A DNA stretch of 64,000 bases from Camelus ferus. Taxonomy: Eukaryota. Under the pieces are notes generated by a model. The model was given only the letters and a program-made list of their open reading frames with translations, searched no databases and had not been told where the DNA came from. The translations under genes were made by a program, and so were the position numbers. The stretch lies in assembly GCF_009834535.1 (NCBI RefSeq), contig NC_045704.1, forward strand, positions 21,266,001 to 21,330,000, given 5' to 3'. Below, piece after piece: positions 51,380-63,036 of the stretch (position 1 is the first letter of the stretch; each line of letters begins with the position of its first letter).

Positions 51380-51980
51380 CCTCCTCCCTCATCTCCCTGC
51401 TTCCCCTTTGCCCTGCATGTGCAAACAGAACTGCCTCTGGAGCTTCCTCGAGAGCAGGGAGCACTACTCTCCTCACTGCTCAAAACCCTCCAAAGGTTTC
51501 TCATGCCACTGAGAATAGAACCCAGGCTCCTCCCAGTGGCCTAAGGGTCCTGCGTCATCCGCCCCTTTCCCACTCTCCAGCCTCAACATGGCGTCACCCC
51601 CCTTCCCTCACCCCATTCCAGCCTCCTGGCCTCCAGTGATGCTGTCGCAATTGCCTGTAATGCCCTTTCCACCCCTTGCGTAGTAAACTCCAACCTGAGC
51701 ATCCTTCAGGTCTCAGCAGAGGCGTTACTTCCTCCAGGAAGCCTCCCTCAACCCCTCTTCCTGGATCCAACCCCCTGGTGATAGGGTCTCACAGTTCCAA
51801 GGCGCTCTCCCCCATGGCCCATCTTGTCACCACAGATGCTTTACACTTGCTTCATTATTTAACGCTGTTTCCCCCACCAAATGGTGAGATATGTGAGGGC
51901 AGGACAGGCCTGTATTTGTTCAGTATTGAATCCCCGGCACGTCGCACACAGTGGGCACGCAACAAATTGTTCCAATTGAA
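51380..51980 (+). mobile_element. L2 fragment
   Basis: ctctcctcactgctcaaaaccctccaaaggtttctc...ccttcaggtctcagc..ttacttcctccaggaagcct...cacacagtgggcacgcaacaaattgtt. Confidence 0.7.
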
Positions 51981-53219
51981 AAAGGAGGGTTGAGGAATGG
52001 CGCCCTCTAGCTCCCCCTCATGGCAGCATCTGGTATTTTGTACCTGGCATTAGGTAGCCATCCAATCCTCCCACTCCCTAGGCACCTCACACTCCCTGGT
52101 GGCTTCACCTGACCTCAGCCACAGAGGGTGACAAACAAGAAGAACCTCAGGATGCTGCTGGAGTACTCGGGGGTCAGACCAGGTCCCTGGGACTCAGATG
52201 GTTCCCTTGTCCAATGGGGGATCATTTGTAACCCTATACCCAACAAAAAAGTGTGGCAGAATCTAGGATGTTATCTCACAGGGACAAGTCATGTGTGCAC
52301 CGAAAATGATCACGCAAATGGTCAGTCCAATCTTGGGCCCTCTTCCCCATGCCCCTCACACATCACTACATAGAAGAATGACAGGACACGTGTTCCCTCT
52401 GCATCTCTGCCTCTGGATCATCAGAGGTGGCCTGAGGTCAGGGAGCGCTATTCCTCTGACTGCCGATCCCATTCCTGGATCTCCACTGAGGCTCGACATT
52501 CCCAAGGCCCAGGGTTTGGTTCCCCAAACCTCTGAGCCTGGTGTTGTGAGGGCAGCCTAGGGCAGTCCTAGGCAGAGTGAGGACCAGTCCTGGAGAGACA
52601 GCATGCGGAAAGGCCCGGATCCACCTGAACTAGGCTCTAGGCCCCCAGAATTGCAGGGTCTACATGCCCTGTCTACACTTTCTCACCTCCTACTCTCAAA
52701 TCTGCTGAATCTGGCACCTGCCCACCTGATCCCCTAGCACTGCTCTCACGGAGGTCACCACAGCCTTGATGTCATTAAACACAGAAGTCACTTGGGTCTG
52801 ACTTGCCTGGTTTGCTTTACTCTGTCCCTCCACTTAATGCCCCTGTTTAGTCTGTCTTTTTTAGTTTAGGCTTTTCTTTGCCTGTCCTTTACATATGAGA
52901 AGTCTGGTTGCCTCAGTTCCCCATCACAGCTGACAGAGCCCTCATTTCTGTTCCCAAGCTCCTGTCTTAGAACATGGGTCCTGAGGCCCCCTGGCTGCCA
53001 CCTCTTGGAGGTATCCTTGGTGACATGCCCATTCTCTGGGCTCCCCATATCCACCAAGTCCCACACTGGTCTCAGTATCTTCCCCAACCCCCCCACCCCC
53101 ATCCTGCATCAGGGCAGCTCTACTGTCCCCTCCCCTGGCCAGAGCCCTGGGCCTTACCCTGGACACTTCCCTCCCCCCCAAGGCCCTTCAGCTCCATAAC
53201 CCACCCATTCAGCTTCTTG

Positions 53220-53815
53220 ACTCTCTTACCCACCCCTTGCTGCTTTCGCCCAGCCCTGCCCTGGTCCAGCCTTGTCCTCACCCACCCAGCTCCCTGCCCT
53301 GGTTTTCCCCCAGGCTCCCAGCTTCAGTCTTCTCCTGTGGTCTTCCCTCTTCCTAACAGCTAGAAGGATCTTAAAGCCCAAACCTGACCCTGTCCCTCCC
53401 TTGCATAGACCCCTCTGTGGCTCCCCAGTACTATCAGGCTGGAGTCTGAACGGGAGTTCTGACCCCTCTCACCCCTCCTGCCTCACTTCTACCACCCCCA
53501 GGGCCTGGTACTTCCTAAGCCCTTGCTTGTGGTGTCCCTCTGCCTGGCACATCTTTCCCTCTGCTCTTTGCCCAATTGTCTCCTTCAGATGTCACTCTCA
53601 GATCACATGTCTCCTTCATGAAGCCCTCCCCGACCACACCTGTGCTGAGTCAGGCCCCTTTTCTGGGCTCCTGGAATCTCCTAGGCTTCTCTCATCCCCA
53701 GGTCTCTGATCACTCTGAGCTATCACTGTCTAAGGGGCAGGGCTTGGGGCTGCCTGGGTCACTGTAGCATCACCCAGCACAGGACAGGCCCAGAGAGGAT
53801 ACTCAAGGAATGTCT
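53220..53815 (+). mobile_element. L2 fragment
   Basis: tgtccctcccttgc...ccctctgcctggcacatctttcc...ccttcagatgtcactctcagatcacatgtctcc...cacccagcacagg...atactcaaggaatgtctg. Confidence 0.6.
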
Positions 53816-54136
53816 GCCGACTGAGGCATAACCATCATCAGCCCCATCCAGGGACCTCAGATGGAACTGGGATGGGGAGGTTCTCTCACCAGAGGAGGCA
53901 CCCCAGCTCCAGACCCCTGAACGATCCCCCAACCCCAACAGACAAGAGACAAGGGCAAGGGCCCAGGCCCAAGCTTAGAAAAATAGGACTTTCTTGTTGT
54001 GCCCCAGTGCCCCGACACCCTCCCCATCAGAGTTTTAAAAACCATGAGCAATTTGGTGAGTCTGAGGCCAGATCCCATGGGGTGTCTGGGTCCTGCCACC
54101 CCAGGGGCCAGAAGGGTCGTTGAGGTGGGCTCCAAG

Positions 54137-57100
54137 CTAGGGTCCCGTGGGTTCATGGCTGGGCCCCCAGGGCTCACAGTCCAGCTGGACCACTGTGTGG
54201 GCCCTGGGTGCAGCAGGCTCAGGGGCCGGTGGGGCCGGCACGGTGCCCAGAGCGCCATTGGTCTGGGAGCAAACGCTGCTGACAGGCGCTGATGCCTTGG
54301 CCTTGCCTGGGGGCTGGCCGCCGTGCACCTTGTAGCGCATAAGCAGCACGAAGATGAAGACCAGTACCGAGGCCACGATGACCCCACCCAGCGCGATGAT
54401 CATAGTGCCGCCCAGGAACGGTGCGTGTGGGGCCCCGCAGGGCCGCAGCGCCGGCTCAGTGGAGAAGTGGTTGCAGCCTACGGGCCGCGTGGCCGTCAGC
54501 CCTGTCGCGCTGTCCTCGTACACAGCTAGCACACACAGATCGTAGGTGCGGCCTGATGCCAGGTCTGTCAACAGGAAGGAGCTGCTGTCGGCCGGGATCA
54601 TCCTGGAGGGACAGGCAGCTGGGGGTCAGCACTCACCCTACACTCTGCCCCAACCCTCCAGTCTGGAAGATTTCTCCCCTGTCAGCTGCCTCATTTCACC
54701 CTAGACCCTGAGTTCCCTCTAACCACTACTTGAATTCCTTTAGGTCTGATAGTCATCAGCTGCCCGGTGTCCCTCCATTCTGTTAGCCAGTTCTACCCAA
54801 GCCCACTCTCTCGCTTCCCTGTTGCCTGCTGCTGAAATGCCCGTTTGATCTCCCTCTGGCTGCAATGCACAAATTCCCTCCAGTGCTGCTGCCCACCTTC
54901 CCTCCGCTCTGCTGCCCAGTTTCATGCCAGCCCCATTGCCCCCCAACCCCCACACCGAGTCCGTCTTCATTTTATACCCAGCTGCCAAGTTCCTATCCTG
55001 CACTGCCACCTGATTTCCCTGCAGCCCAAGTTCTCTAGCTTTGCTGCCCAATTTTGCTCCGTTCCCCTGCCCTATTTCACTCTGTTCCACTGCCTGATTT
55101 CACTTTGGTTCCCCCACCCTATTCTCCCCTAGCTCACTGCCTGAGTCCCTCCAGCCTACCTCCCAATTTCCCACCAGCCCACTGCCCAAGCTCCCTCTAG
55201 CCTGACAACTCTCACTGCCCCGTTTTGCTCTAACTCTGATATTCCTCTAACTCAATGACCTTTTCCTTCTGGCCACCCCCATTCACTTTCCTTCTAATCC
55301 CACCTCCAAGTCTCCCTCCAGATGCTCATCCGATTTTCCTCTTTTCTCCTGTCTGACTTTCCTCCAGCCAGTGCCTTATTTCCCTTTTCCAGCTGCCTGA
55401 CTTTCCTCTAGTGCAAAGCTAGAATTCACTCTAATCTAACCGCCTGACTCCCCCATCAGGCTGCTGCCTGATGTCCTTCTAACCTGCCAATGAATGTTCT
55501 CCAACCCTGCTGCCGTATTATTATTACTCTAGCTATAGACGGCTTTCCAGTGAGCCCTGTCTTCTGATTCCGTTTTCATTAAACTGATGCGCCTCAGTCA
55601 CCACTGCTGATTTCTTTTTCTCCCTGTTGCCTTATTTCTTTCCAGCTCTGTCTCCCAATTCCCTTTCATCTCTGTGGCCTGGTTTCGATATATCCTTATC
55701 TTTCCCATTTCCTTTTATCCTTAGTACCCAATTCCACTCTATTTCCTTTTATAGCAGAACACCCTGTTGGAGATTTAACTTGTTTTATAATCTCTGTTTT
55801 ATTCCTAAACTGCTTTAATGAGGGAACTCTGTGATTGTCTGTAGGAGAGCATTGTGCCATCCCCTGCCAGGCAAGGTGGACAGGACTTGTGTGATTTTCG
55901 GGTGTGGGCCCTCAGTGGAATGTACTGAGTACTGCTGTCTTAGAAAGAGAGTGGAAAAAGCTCACTGGATTTCCAGGACTGAAAAGGAAATCAAGTGACG
56001 ATCTCTTGAGGTTTGGGCCTCTGAGGGGGGAAAGGGAACTCAGGTCCTGGGTTTACAAGGTGCAGACCCTACGCCTTGAGAGGCCTGGTCCTCTGCAGCC
56101 AGGCCTCAGGGCCTGAACCCTTGACCCAGCCTGGCAGTGAGAACAGGGAGCCGTGCATGCAAGGTTGGACTTAGGTCAGAGGTGTCAGCAGCCCCTGGGT
56201 CAGAGAGCCACCATGAGTGACCACATGTGGCCACAGCAGATGTTCCAAGTGCTCTCCAGCTAGGGGGCAGAAATTATGCTAATCCACCTCTTGGAGTGTG
56301 TAAGCCCCAAGTTCTGTGTTTGCAACCAGAGAACAGAGAAGGGAGTCCCCAACAGTGGCAAACTGAACATTCCTGTTCACCCAGCGGTGGAGCTTGAACT
56401 AGGGTTAATTTGATTTAGAGAACCAAACGTTGATATATCACCATGTTAGACCTCCAGACACGTGGAGCAGGTCACACCACAGAGACCTAAATCATAATCG
56501 CTATGTAACTTTCTCCCCCATTTTCTTTTTAACCTCTGGTCTGAGTTCCTTGGCAGCAGGGCTGGCTCATTTCATTTCCCCATGATCCCTGTACCTTCCT
56601 GCTTGATCTCTTTTTCTTCCTGCAGCCTGGCTTGAATCTAGCCCTGTTACCTGGAAACACCTGGTTTCCTTTTCTACTTAAATTTGTATCCCCTCAACCT
56701 TACCCCTCACCCTCCAATTAACTTTTTACTCTCTGGCTTGATTTCTTTTACTCCTGCTGCCTGATTTCCTCTTTTCTGTTACTATTTACTTCTGCTGCCT
56801 TCTTTCTTTTTACCACTGCTGCCTGATTTCTTTTACCTTTGCGATCTGATTTTCTTTGTAACCTTGCAGCCTCATTTCCTGTGCTGCAGCCTAGGGTATC
56901 AGTAGGTGTACCTCCAACCCTCCCTCCACCTCACTCCCCCTCCCAAATTGCCCACCACGTGGACCCTGCACCTGTAGACGAGGATGTCGTCGGCTGAGCT
57001 GTTGTACTGGATCTGGTACATGCGGATGCCAGGGATAGGCCGCTGATCTGGCCACTGGACGAGAGCAGCTGTGGCCCCATGCTCAGTCACCTGGACGCCA

Positions 57101-58398
57101 CGATCAGTAGGGGGCCCAGTGTCAGCTGCCTTGGCGGACGCAGAGGCAGAGGCAGCGGCAGCAGAGGGCGGGGTGAGGGTATCAGGATCCCCGTCCCGCG
57201 GGGGGTCACAGCTGGTGCTGTTGGCTAGCTGGGGGGGCGGCGGGGGACCCACGGTCAGCTCAACTGCAGCTGTGGCCTCGCCAGCTGCATTGGCCGCAAT
57301 GCAGGTGAAGATGCCGCCATCGCCCGGCTCGGTGACCAGCAGCTCCAGCGTCCCATTAGGGAAGGCGCGAGCCCGGCTCGAGTTGCCCAGCAGCCGGCCC
57401 TGGGGTGACACCCAGCGCACACGGGGCTCGGGGTCCCCCACTGCCCGGCAACGCAGGGCGGCTGGCCGACCGGCAGGCACCGCCAGGGGCGGCGAGCGGT
57501 GAGTCACCACGGGCGGCTCGCACACGAACTCNNNNNNNNNNNNNNNNNNNNNNNNNNNNNNNNNNNNNNNNNNNNNNNNNNNNNNNNNNNNNNNNNNNNN
57601 NNNNNNNNNNNNNNNNNNNNNNNNNNNNNNNNNNNNNNNNNNNNNNNNNNNNNNNNNNNNNNNNNNNNNNNNNAGGGCGGATGCGGGGGAGCCGCGGGGC
57701 CGGGCTAGCAGCGGCAGGCGGGAGAAGAGTGGGTCGGGCGGGATGGTGGTCAGGCGGTTGGAGGTCATGTCCAGCCGCGCCAACTTGTGTAAGCGGGAGA
57801 AGGCGCCGGCGGGCACGGAAGCCAGCAGGTTGTGGTCCAGGCCCAACGTATTGACGTTGCCCAGGCGGCCCAAAGCCTCCCAGGGCAGCTGTTCCAGGTT
57901 GTTGTAGGAGAGGTCGAGGTCCTCGAGGGTCTCGGCGCAGTCGTCCAGGGCGCCGGCCGCCAGGGCTGCCAGCTGGTTGTTGCTCAGGATGAGGTGGCGC
58001 AAGTTGACCAGGCCGCGCAGCTGTCCCTCGCCCAGCGAGGTCAGCCGGTTGCCGTCCAGGTGCAGAGCGCGCAGGGCCCGAAGGTCAGCGAAGGCGCCGG
58101 CTGCCACGTGGCGGATGGTGTTGCGTGACAAGCTCAGATGCAGCAGGCCCGTCATGTTGGCCAGGTCGCGGCGCCGCACGGCCGCAATGAAGTTGTCAGC
58201 CAGGCGCAGCTCGGCCGCCCGGCGGTCCAGCGAGGGTGGCACAAACAGAAGGCCTGCCCCTGGGCACAGCACGCTTAGGGGCAGGGATTGTGTCTGGCAG
58301 CGGCAGCGGCGGGGACACGGGCTGGCTGTGGCTGGCTGTGGTGGAGACGAGGCAGGGGCCAGCGGCAGCAGGCAGAGGAGCAGCGGGAGGATGGCCAT
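54137..58398 (-). CDS. LRFN3: Leucine-rich repeat and fibronectin type III domain-containing 3 (SALM4), 2 coding exons, about 630 aa
   Basis: Exons 58398-56972 (N gap at 57532-57673) and 54602-54137, joined in phase 2 (AG|G = Arg). Signal peptide [30 protein letters not shown], LRRs, Ig domain ([11 protein letters not shown]...FTC), FN3, TM ([23 protein letters not shown]), end EPTGP* with no PDZ-binding motif, as known for SALM4. Acceptor CCCCGCAG| at 58415. Confidence 0.96.
57532..57673. other. N run (142 nt) inside the LRFN3 CDS
   Basis: Undetermined bases covering the expected LRRCT cap; the reading frame is preserved across the run. Confidence 1.
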
Positions 58399-60739
58399 CG
58401 CGGGCAGGGGTGGCCTGCGGGGAAGAAGGGGGATGTTAGGGCAGGCGGAGGTCAGAAGAGGGGTTTCAGAGGGGGTGAGGTGGTCCAAGACCAGAAGAGA
58501 AAGTCACAGAGGGCTGAAGCATAAGAGTTGGTCAAAGATGGTCAGAGAGAGGCGTGGTCAGACAGATCAAAAGCCAGAGGAGATGGTCACAGACTCAGAG
58601 AGATGTGTCACGGGGGAATAGAGTTAAGCAGAAATGAAGAAAGATGGTTAGAGGGAAGGAGGTGATTAGAAATGATCAGAGGCAGTCAGAGAACAGGAGC
58701 AGGGGTCAGGGTTGGTGGAAGGTAAGCCAGAGAGCTTTAGACGTGGTCAAAGAGGGATGCTCCAAGATGGCCCAAGAGAGAAGAGGTAGTTAGGGCGGTG
58801 GGAATGATTAGAAGTAGCCAGACATGACCAGACAAGAGAGGTAGTTAGAGATGATCAAGAAGATGAGAAGTCAACAGAGAGAGAGGAAGTGGCCAGGGGC
58901 GGTCAGGTCCAGGAGAGAGGGTCTGAAATGGTCAAAAGGCAGAGAGGCAGTTAGAGAGAGGAGAGAACAGACATGGCAGAGACAGTTGGAGATGGGACAG
59001 ATGGGTGTGGGGAGAGAGGAAAGGCAGCCAGAGATGTTAAAAATGGTCAGAGAACACCAATGAGCAAGAAAGACAGAGAGAACAGAGGTGGTCAGTAAAG
59101 GCGAGAGGTGGTCAGATGGTCATAGACTGGCAGTTTAGGGTCAGGAGTGGGTGGAGGGCAAAAGAGGTGGTGAAAGATGGTCAGAGAGATAAAAGGCCGA
59201 CAGAAGAAGCCAGGAGGAGAGACAGACAGAAGCAGCTGGAAAGAAGATTTAGAGAGAAAGATGTCAAAGATGGTCAGAGACAGTCATACATCAAAGCTTA
59301 AAGTCAGGGGTAGACACTGGCAAGAGAGCCGGTAAAAGATGATTAGAGAGAGGTACCGCGGACAGAGATGTCAAAGGTGGTCATTGAGTGAAACAGTAGA
59401 CAGAGGTGGCCAGAGAGAGGAGCTATGGACAGGGGTGTTTAAGATGACGATCAAAGACAGAAGAGGCAAACAGAGATGGTCACTGAGAGGAGTGGTAGCC
59501 AGAGGGGCCAGAGATAAGAGCAGTGGACAAAAGTGTCAAAGATGATTAGAGAGAGGAGAGGTGAATAGAGATGGTCAGTGAGGAGAGGTGGAGAAAGGAG
59601 ACTGGAGAGAGGAGTGGTGGACAGGAGAGGCGGCTGGAGATGATCAAATAAGACAGATGGTCGGGAGAGGCTGGAGTGCCAGGGTGGAGGTGGTCATAGA
59701 CCTGGAGATGCCATCACCTGGGGAAGACGAGGTCAGAGAGGGGCAGGGCTGGCCAAGTGTCCATAGAGTGTTGGAGGCAGAGCAGGAGCTGGAGGCAGAT
59801 ACTTGACGGGGTATGGCTGTTATCTGGGGAAATTCTAAGGGTGTCTAGGGGGACCTGGTCCTCCTTACCTCCACCCTGAGCCACAAAGTTCCTCCCAAGT
59901 CCCTCCCCACCATGGGGGTCTCCCAGTAGCCTTACCTGAGCTGGAAGCTGCCCCAGGGAGCAGAGTCCTCAAGCTCCAAGGGGGTCAGGGGTCAGGACTC
60001 TGGAGGGGGTGCCTGGTCATGCCTTCCCTGTCCCCAAGTTCTCTGCAGAGGGATTGTCTGTTGTATCTCAGTTCAGATTTGTGGCCACAGAGTCTCTCGA
60101 TCTTGTCACTTTGGGTCCTAGATCTCCAAACATTGGGCCTCTAAGGGTCCAGTTTTAGAGACCCAGGCCCCAGTGTGGGTTGCTCAGAGTCAGGGTCTCC
60201 CAGCTCCAGGCTTGGGATGCTAAACAGACAAAAGGAGAGTTTAACGTCTGAGTCCCAAGCCCAGTCTTGGGATCAGATATTGGGGTGCTAAATCAAGATT
60301 TGCCCCAAATTTCAGCATTCAGTTTTGCAGCAAGGACTTCAGGCCCAAACTCAAGTTTAGGCCCCTTTGAATGCCAGGGTTCAGATCTTGGAATCTGAGG
60401 CCTAAAACTCAGGGTTCAGGTCCCAAAAAGCAGGTTCCAGGGTACAGAAATGAGAATCCAGTCCCAGATTTCAAGGTCCCAGGCACACAACTCAGAGTTT
60501 AGCTCCAGATTTGGGGTTTCAGATGCCAAATCTTGAGGTTCAGGCTCCAAATCTTGGGGTCCATATTACAATTCTTGGGGTTCAGGCTCCAAATCTTGGG
60601 ATCCCAGGAACTGATGTTGAGATTTCAGCCCCAGATATGGATGTTCAGGCTCCAGGTCTTGGGGTCCCAGCCCCAGTTTAGGCTCTCAGGCTTGGGTGTC
60701 CAGTTATCTGGATCCAATCTCAGGGTGCAGGCCCCCGAT

Positions 60740-61140
60740 TTCGGGGTGCAGGCCCTGGGTCTGGAATCGCGGCGTCCTGGCTTGCTTCCCCGGCTGAGGT
60801 GGGGGCTGGCCCAGAGGGAGGGGGCGGCTGCGGAGGGGGTGGGGGGGCGGCCAGGCAGCCCCGGGGGCCGGAGTGGGGCGAGGCCGAGAGGCGGACAGAC
60901 GGACAGACAGGCACAGGCAGGGTACGGGTACCGCAGCACAGGCGGGGGCGCAGGGGGGAGGGGCCGCGCTCAGAGACCCCTCCCCCGCCGGGGCCGGGGC
61001 GTGGGCCTGGCGGGGGCCGGGCAGGCGGGCCGGGTCCTGGCGCTCCCGCGGCCTCCTCGCCGGGAACCCAGGGCCCTGCGCGCGCCCGCGCTTAAAGGCG
61101 CAGGCCCCGCGCGCGCCCGCGCTTAAAGGTGTAGGCAGGC
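60740..61140 (-). promoter_or_regulatory. LRFN3: LRFN3 CpG island promoter / non-coding first exon
   Basis: Very GC- and CpG-rich block about 2.5 kb upstream of the ATG. Consensus minus-strand donors (AG|GTAAG) at 59935 and 59868 suggest further 5' UTR exons. Confidence 0.65.
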
Positions 61141-62884
61141 CCCTCTCTCAAAGGCGAGTCCCTGGCCCCACCTCCCATGGAGTCATCCTGGTTTTGCCTG
61201 CGAGAGAGAATCCTTGGATACAGAGTCAAGAGAGACAGAGAGACACACAGAGGTAGAAAAAGACAGACAAAAAGATAGGCAGGCTTAGACTGAGCGAAAG
61301 AGAAGAGCAGAATGAGAGGGGCAGATGGGTAGACAGAGAGATAGAAAGACACACATATTCAAGGAGAGATGGAAATACAGAGACAGTGAGAGACCCAGAA
61401 AGAAACAGACAAGAGACAGGACAAGTTAGAGATAGACAGAGAGACATAGAGAAAGTCAAAGAGACAGAGACACGAGGAGAGAGAGAGAGACAGGGACAGA
61501 CTGAGCGACTCAGCTGTGAGGATGGGGATGTGTGTGTGGGTGTGTCCAGATCTCATTCACAGCTTTGAATCTGATTCTCCATCTCAGAGCCACCTGCCCC
61601 CCATGCCTGTCTCCTTCTGCCCCTCTGTCTCAGCACCACCGTTCTGGGATGTCCTTCCCACAGGTGGAGTCTCCTTACTTGGACTCTGCTCAGCAACAAG
61701 CTTGATCTTTCAGGCCAGAGGGTAGACTCTGCTCCTTCCCAAGTCTCCTTGGCCTGGATGCAAGGGGAAAGCTTGGCTCCAAGTCCCTGTGCCTCTGGAA
61801 TTAGAGCTAGACCTCAAGACACACTGGCCAGATATCCCATGGAGGAAGGGGAAGATAGGAACTGGGACAGAGGCAGGGGGCTGGTCAGACTGACCCAGAA
61901 AAGTATGTCCACTGCCTTCCTCTCTCCCCAACTCAGGTCCACTGCTCTGCAGGGTACCCTACTAGAATTGTACTAACACATGACTCACCGGGAGTGGTGT
62001 CTGCCTGTACTGATGCTTGTGGAAGATAGTGGAGGGGAGCAGGGGGGAGGGGTCCCACATGTTTCCTGACAGATGGTATTGCAGGAAGAGGGATGTGGGC
62101 CGTGGTCCACAAGCCTGGCTTGGGAACTTGGTTATAGCAACACGGGGACCTAATCTTGGGAGGTCTGGTCCAAAGGGGCCACCGCTTTTGTTTGTGGTCG
62201 CAGCCCTACCCTGGGGAAACCTGATCACGCCAACCCAGGGAACGCCCATCTGAGAGGAAGAGTAAAGCAAACTTGTTGGGGGCAGGGGCATGAATGCACA
62301 TCCACCCTGGCATCCCTAGCTCTGCTGAAGGTTTCAGAGCAGACTTTTGGCTCCTTCCACTTCTGTGTATTGAAAAATTGCAGCTAAAATTAACTCAGCT
62401 CAGGGGCCCGCCTTTCTCGATCATTAGCAAAGTTCATCAGTGCTCCTGGCCCAGCATAGCAGATACTGGCTTCCCAGACATTCAGAAAAAGGATGAGACG
62501 TTTCGGAGACGCTACAGAAGTGGTGGAGGTGGGTGAGATAGAGGGAAATACCTGGAGACAATCCCGAAAAGACGGGGATTAGAATTCAGTGGAACTGGGC
62601 TGATTTGGGCGTGGCCCCAGGAAATGGGCAAGGGACGTGGAAGAGCGAGGCAGAGGAGGAACAGTTAATAGGAGGTTCAGATGAGGAGCAGGTTATTCCT
62701 TTGGACAACTGGGGCTCAGTTCTGCTGGGGAACATTTAGGTAGAGAGGCTGGGGCATTTATCCACCGAATCTTGCCGCATTTGGTGATGACTGTCCATTT
62801 GGTGAGAGGCGGTGGTGCTGAGAGCCATCTGAAATTTGAGGTGAAAAAGCAGAGAGGGATGCCTTGCGGGAGCTGGACCAGAGG

Positions 62885-63036
62885 TCCTCACACTGTAGCT
62901 GCATCAGGATCACCTGGAGGACTTGTTACTGTAGATCTCCAGGCCCTAGTCCCACAGTTTCTGATTTGCATTTCTAAATTCCCAGGCAATGGTAATGCTG
63001 TTGGCCTAGGGACCATATTTTGAGACCCACTGGGCT
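62885..63036. mobile_element. MER5A-like hAT-Charlie element
   Basis: ctgcatcaggatcacctggag...tttgcatttctaaattcccagg...gggaccatattttgagacccactgg. Confidence 0.7.

Noticed and set aside
58399-58488. N-terminal extension of the 529-aa LRFN3 ORF ([10 protein letters not shown]...)
   Set aside because: Begins at TTG and lies upstream of the splice acceptor at 58415; the real start is the ATG at 58398, which opens the signal peptide.
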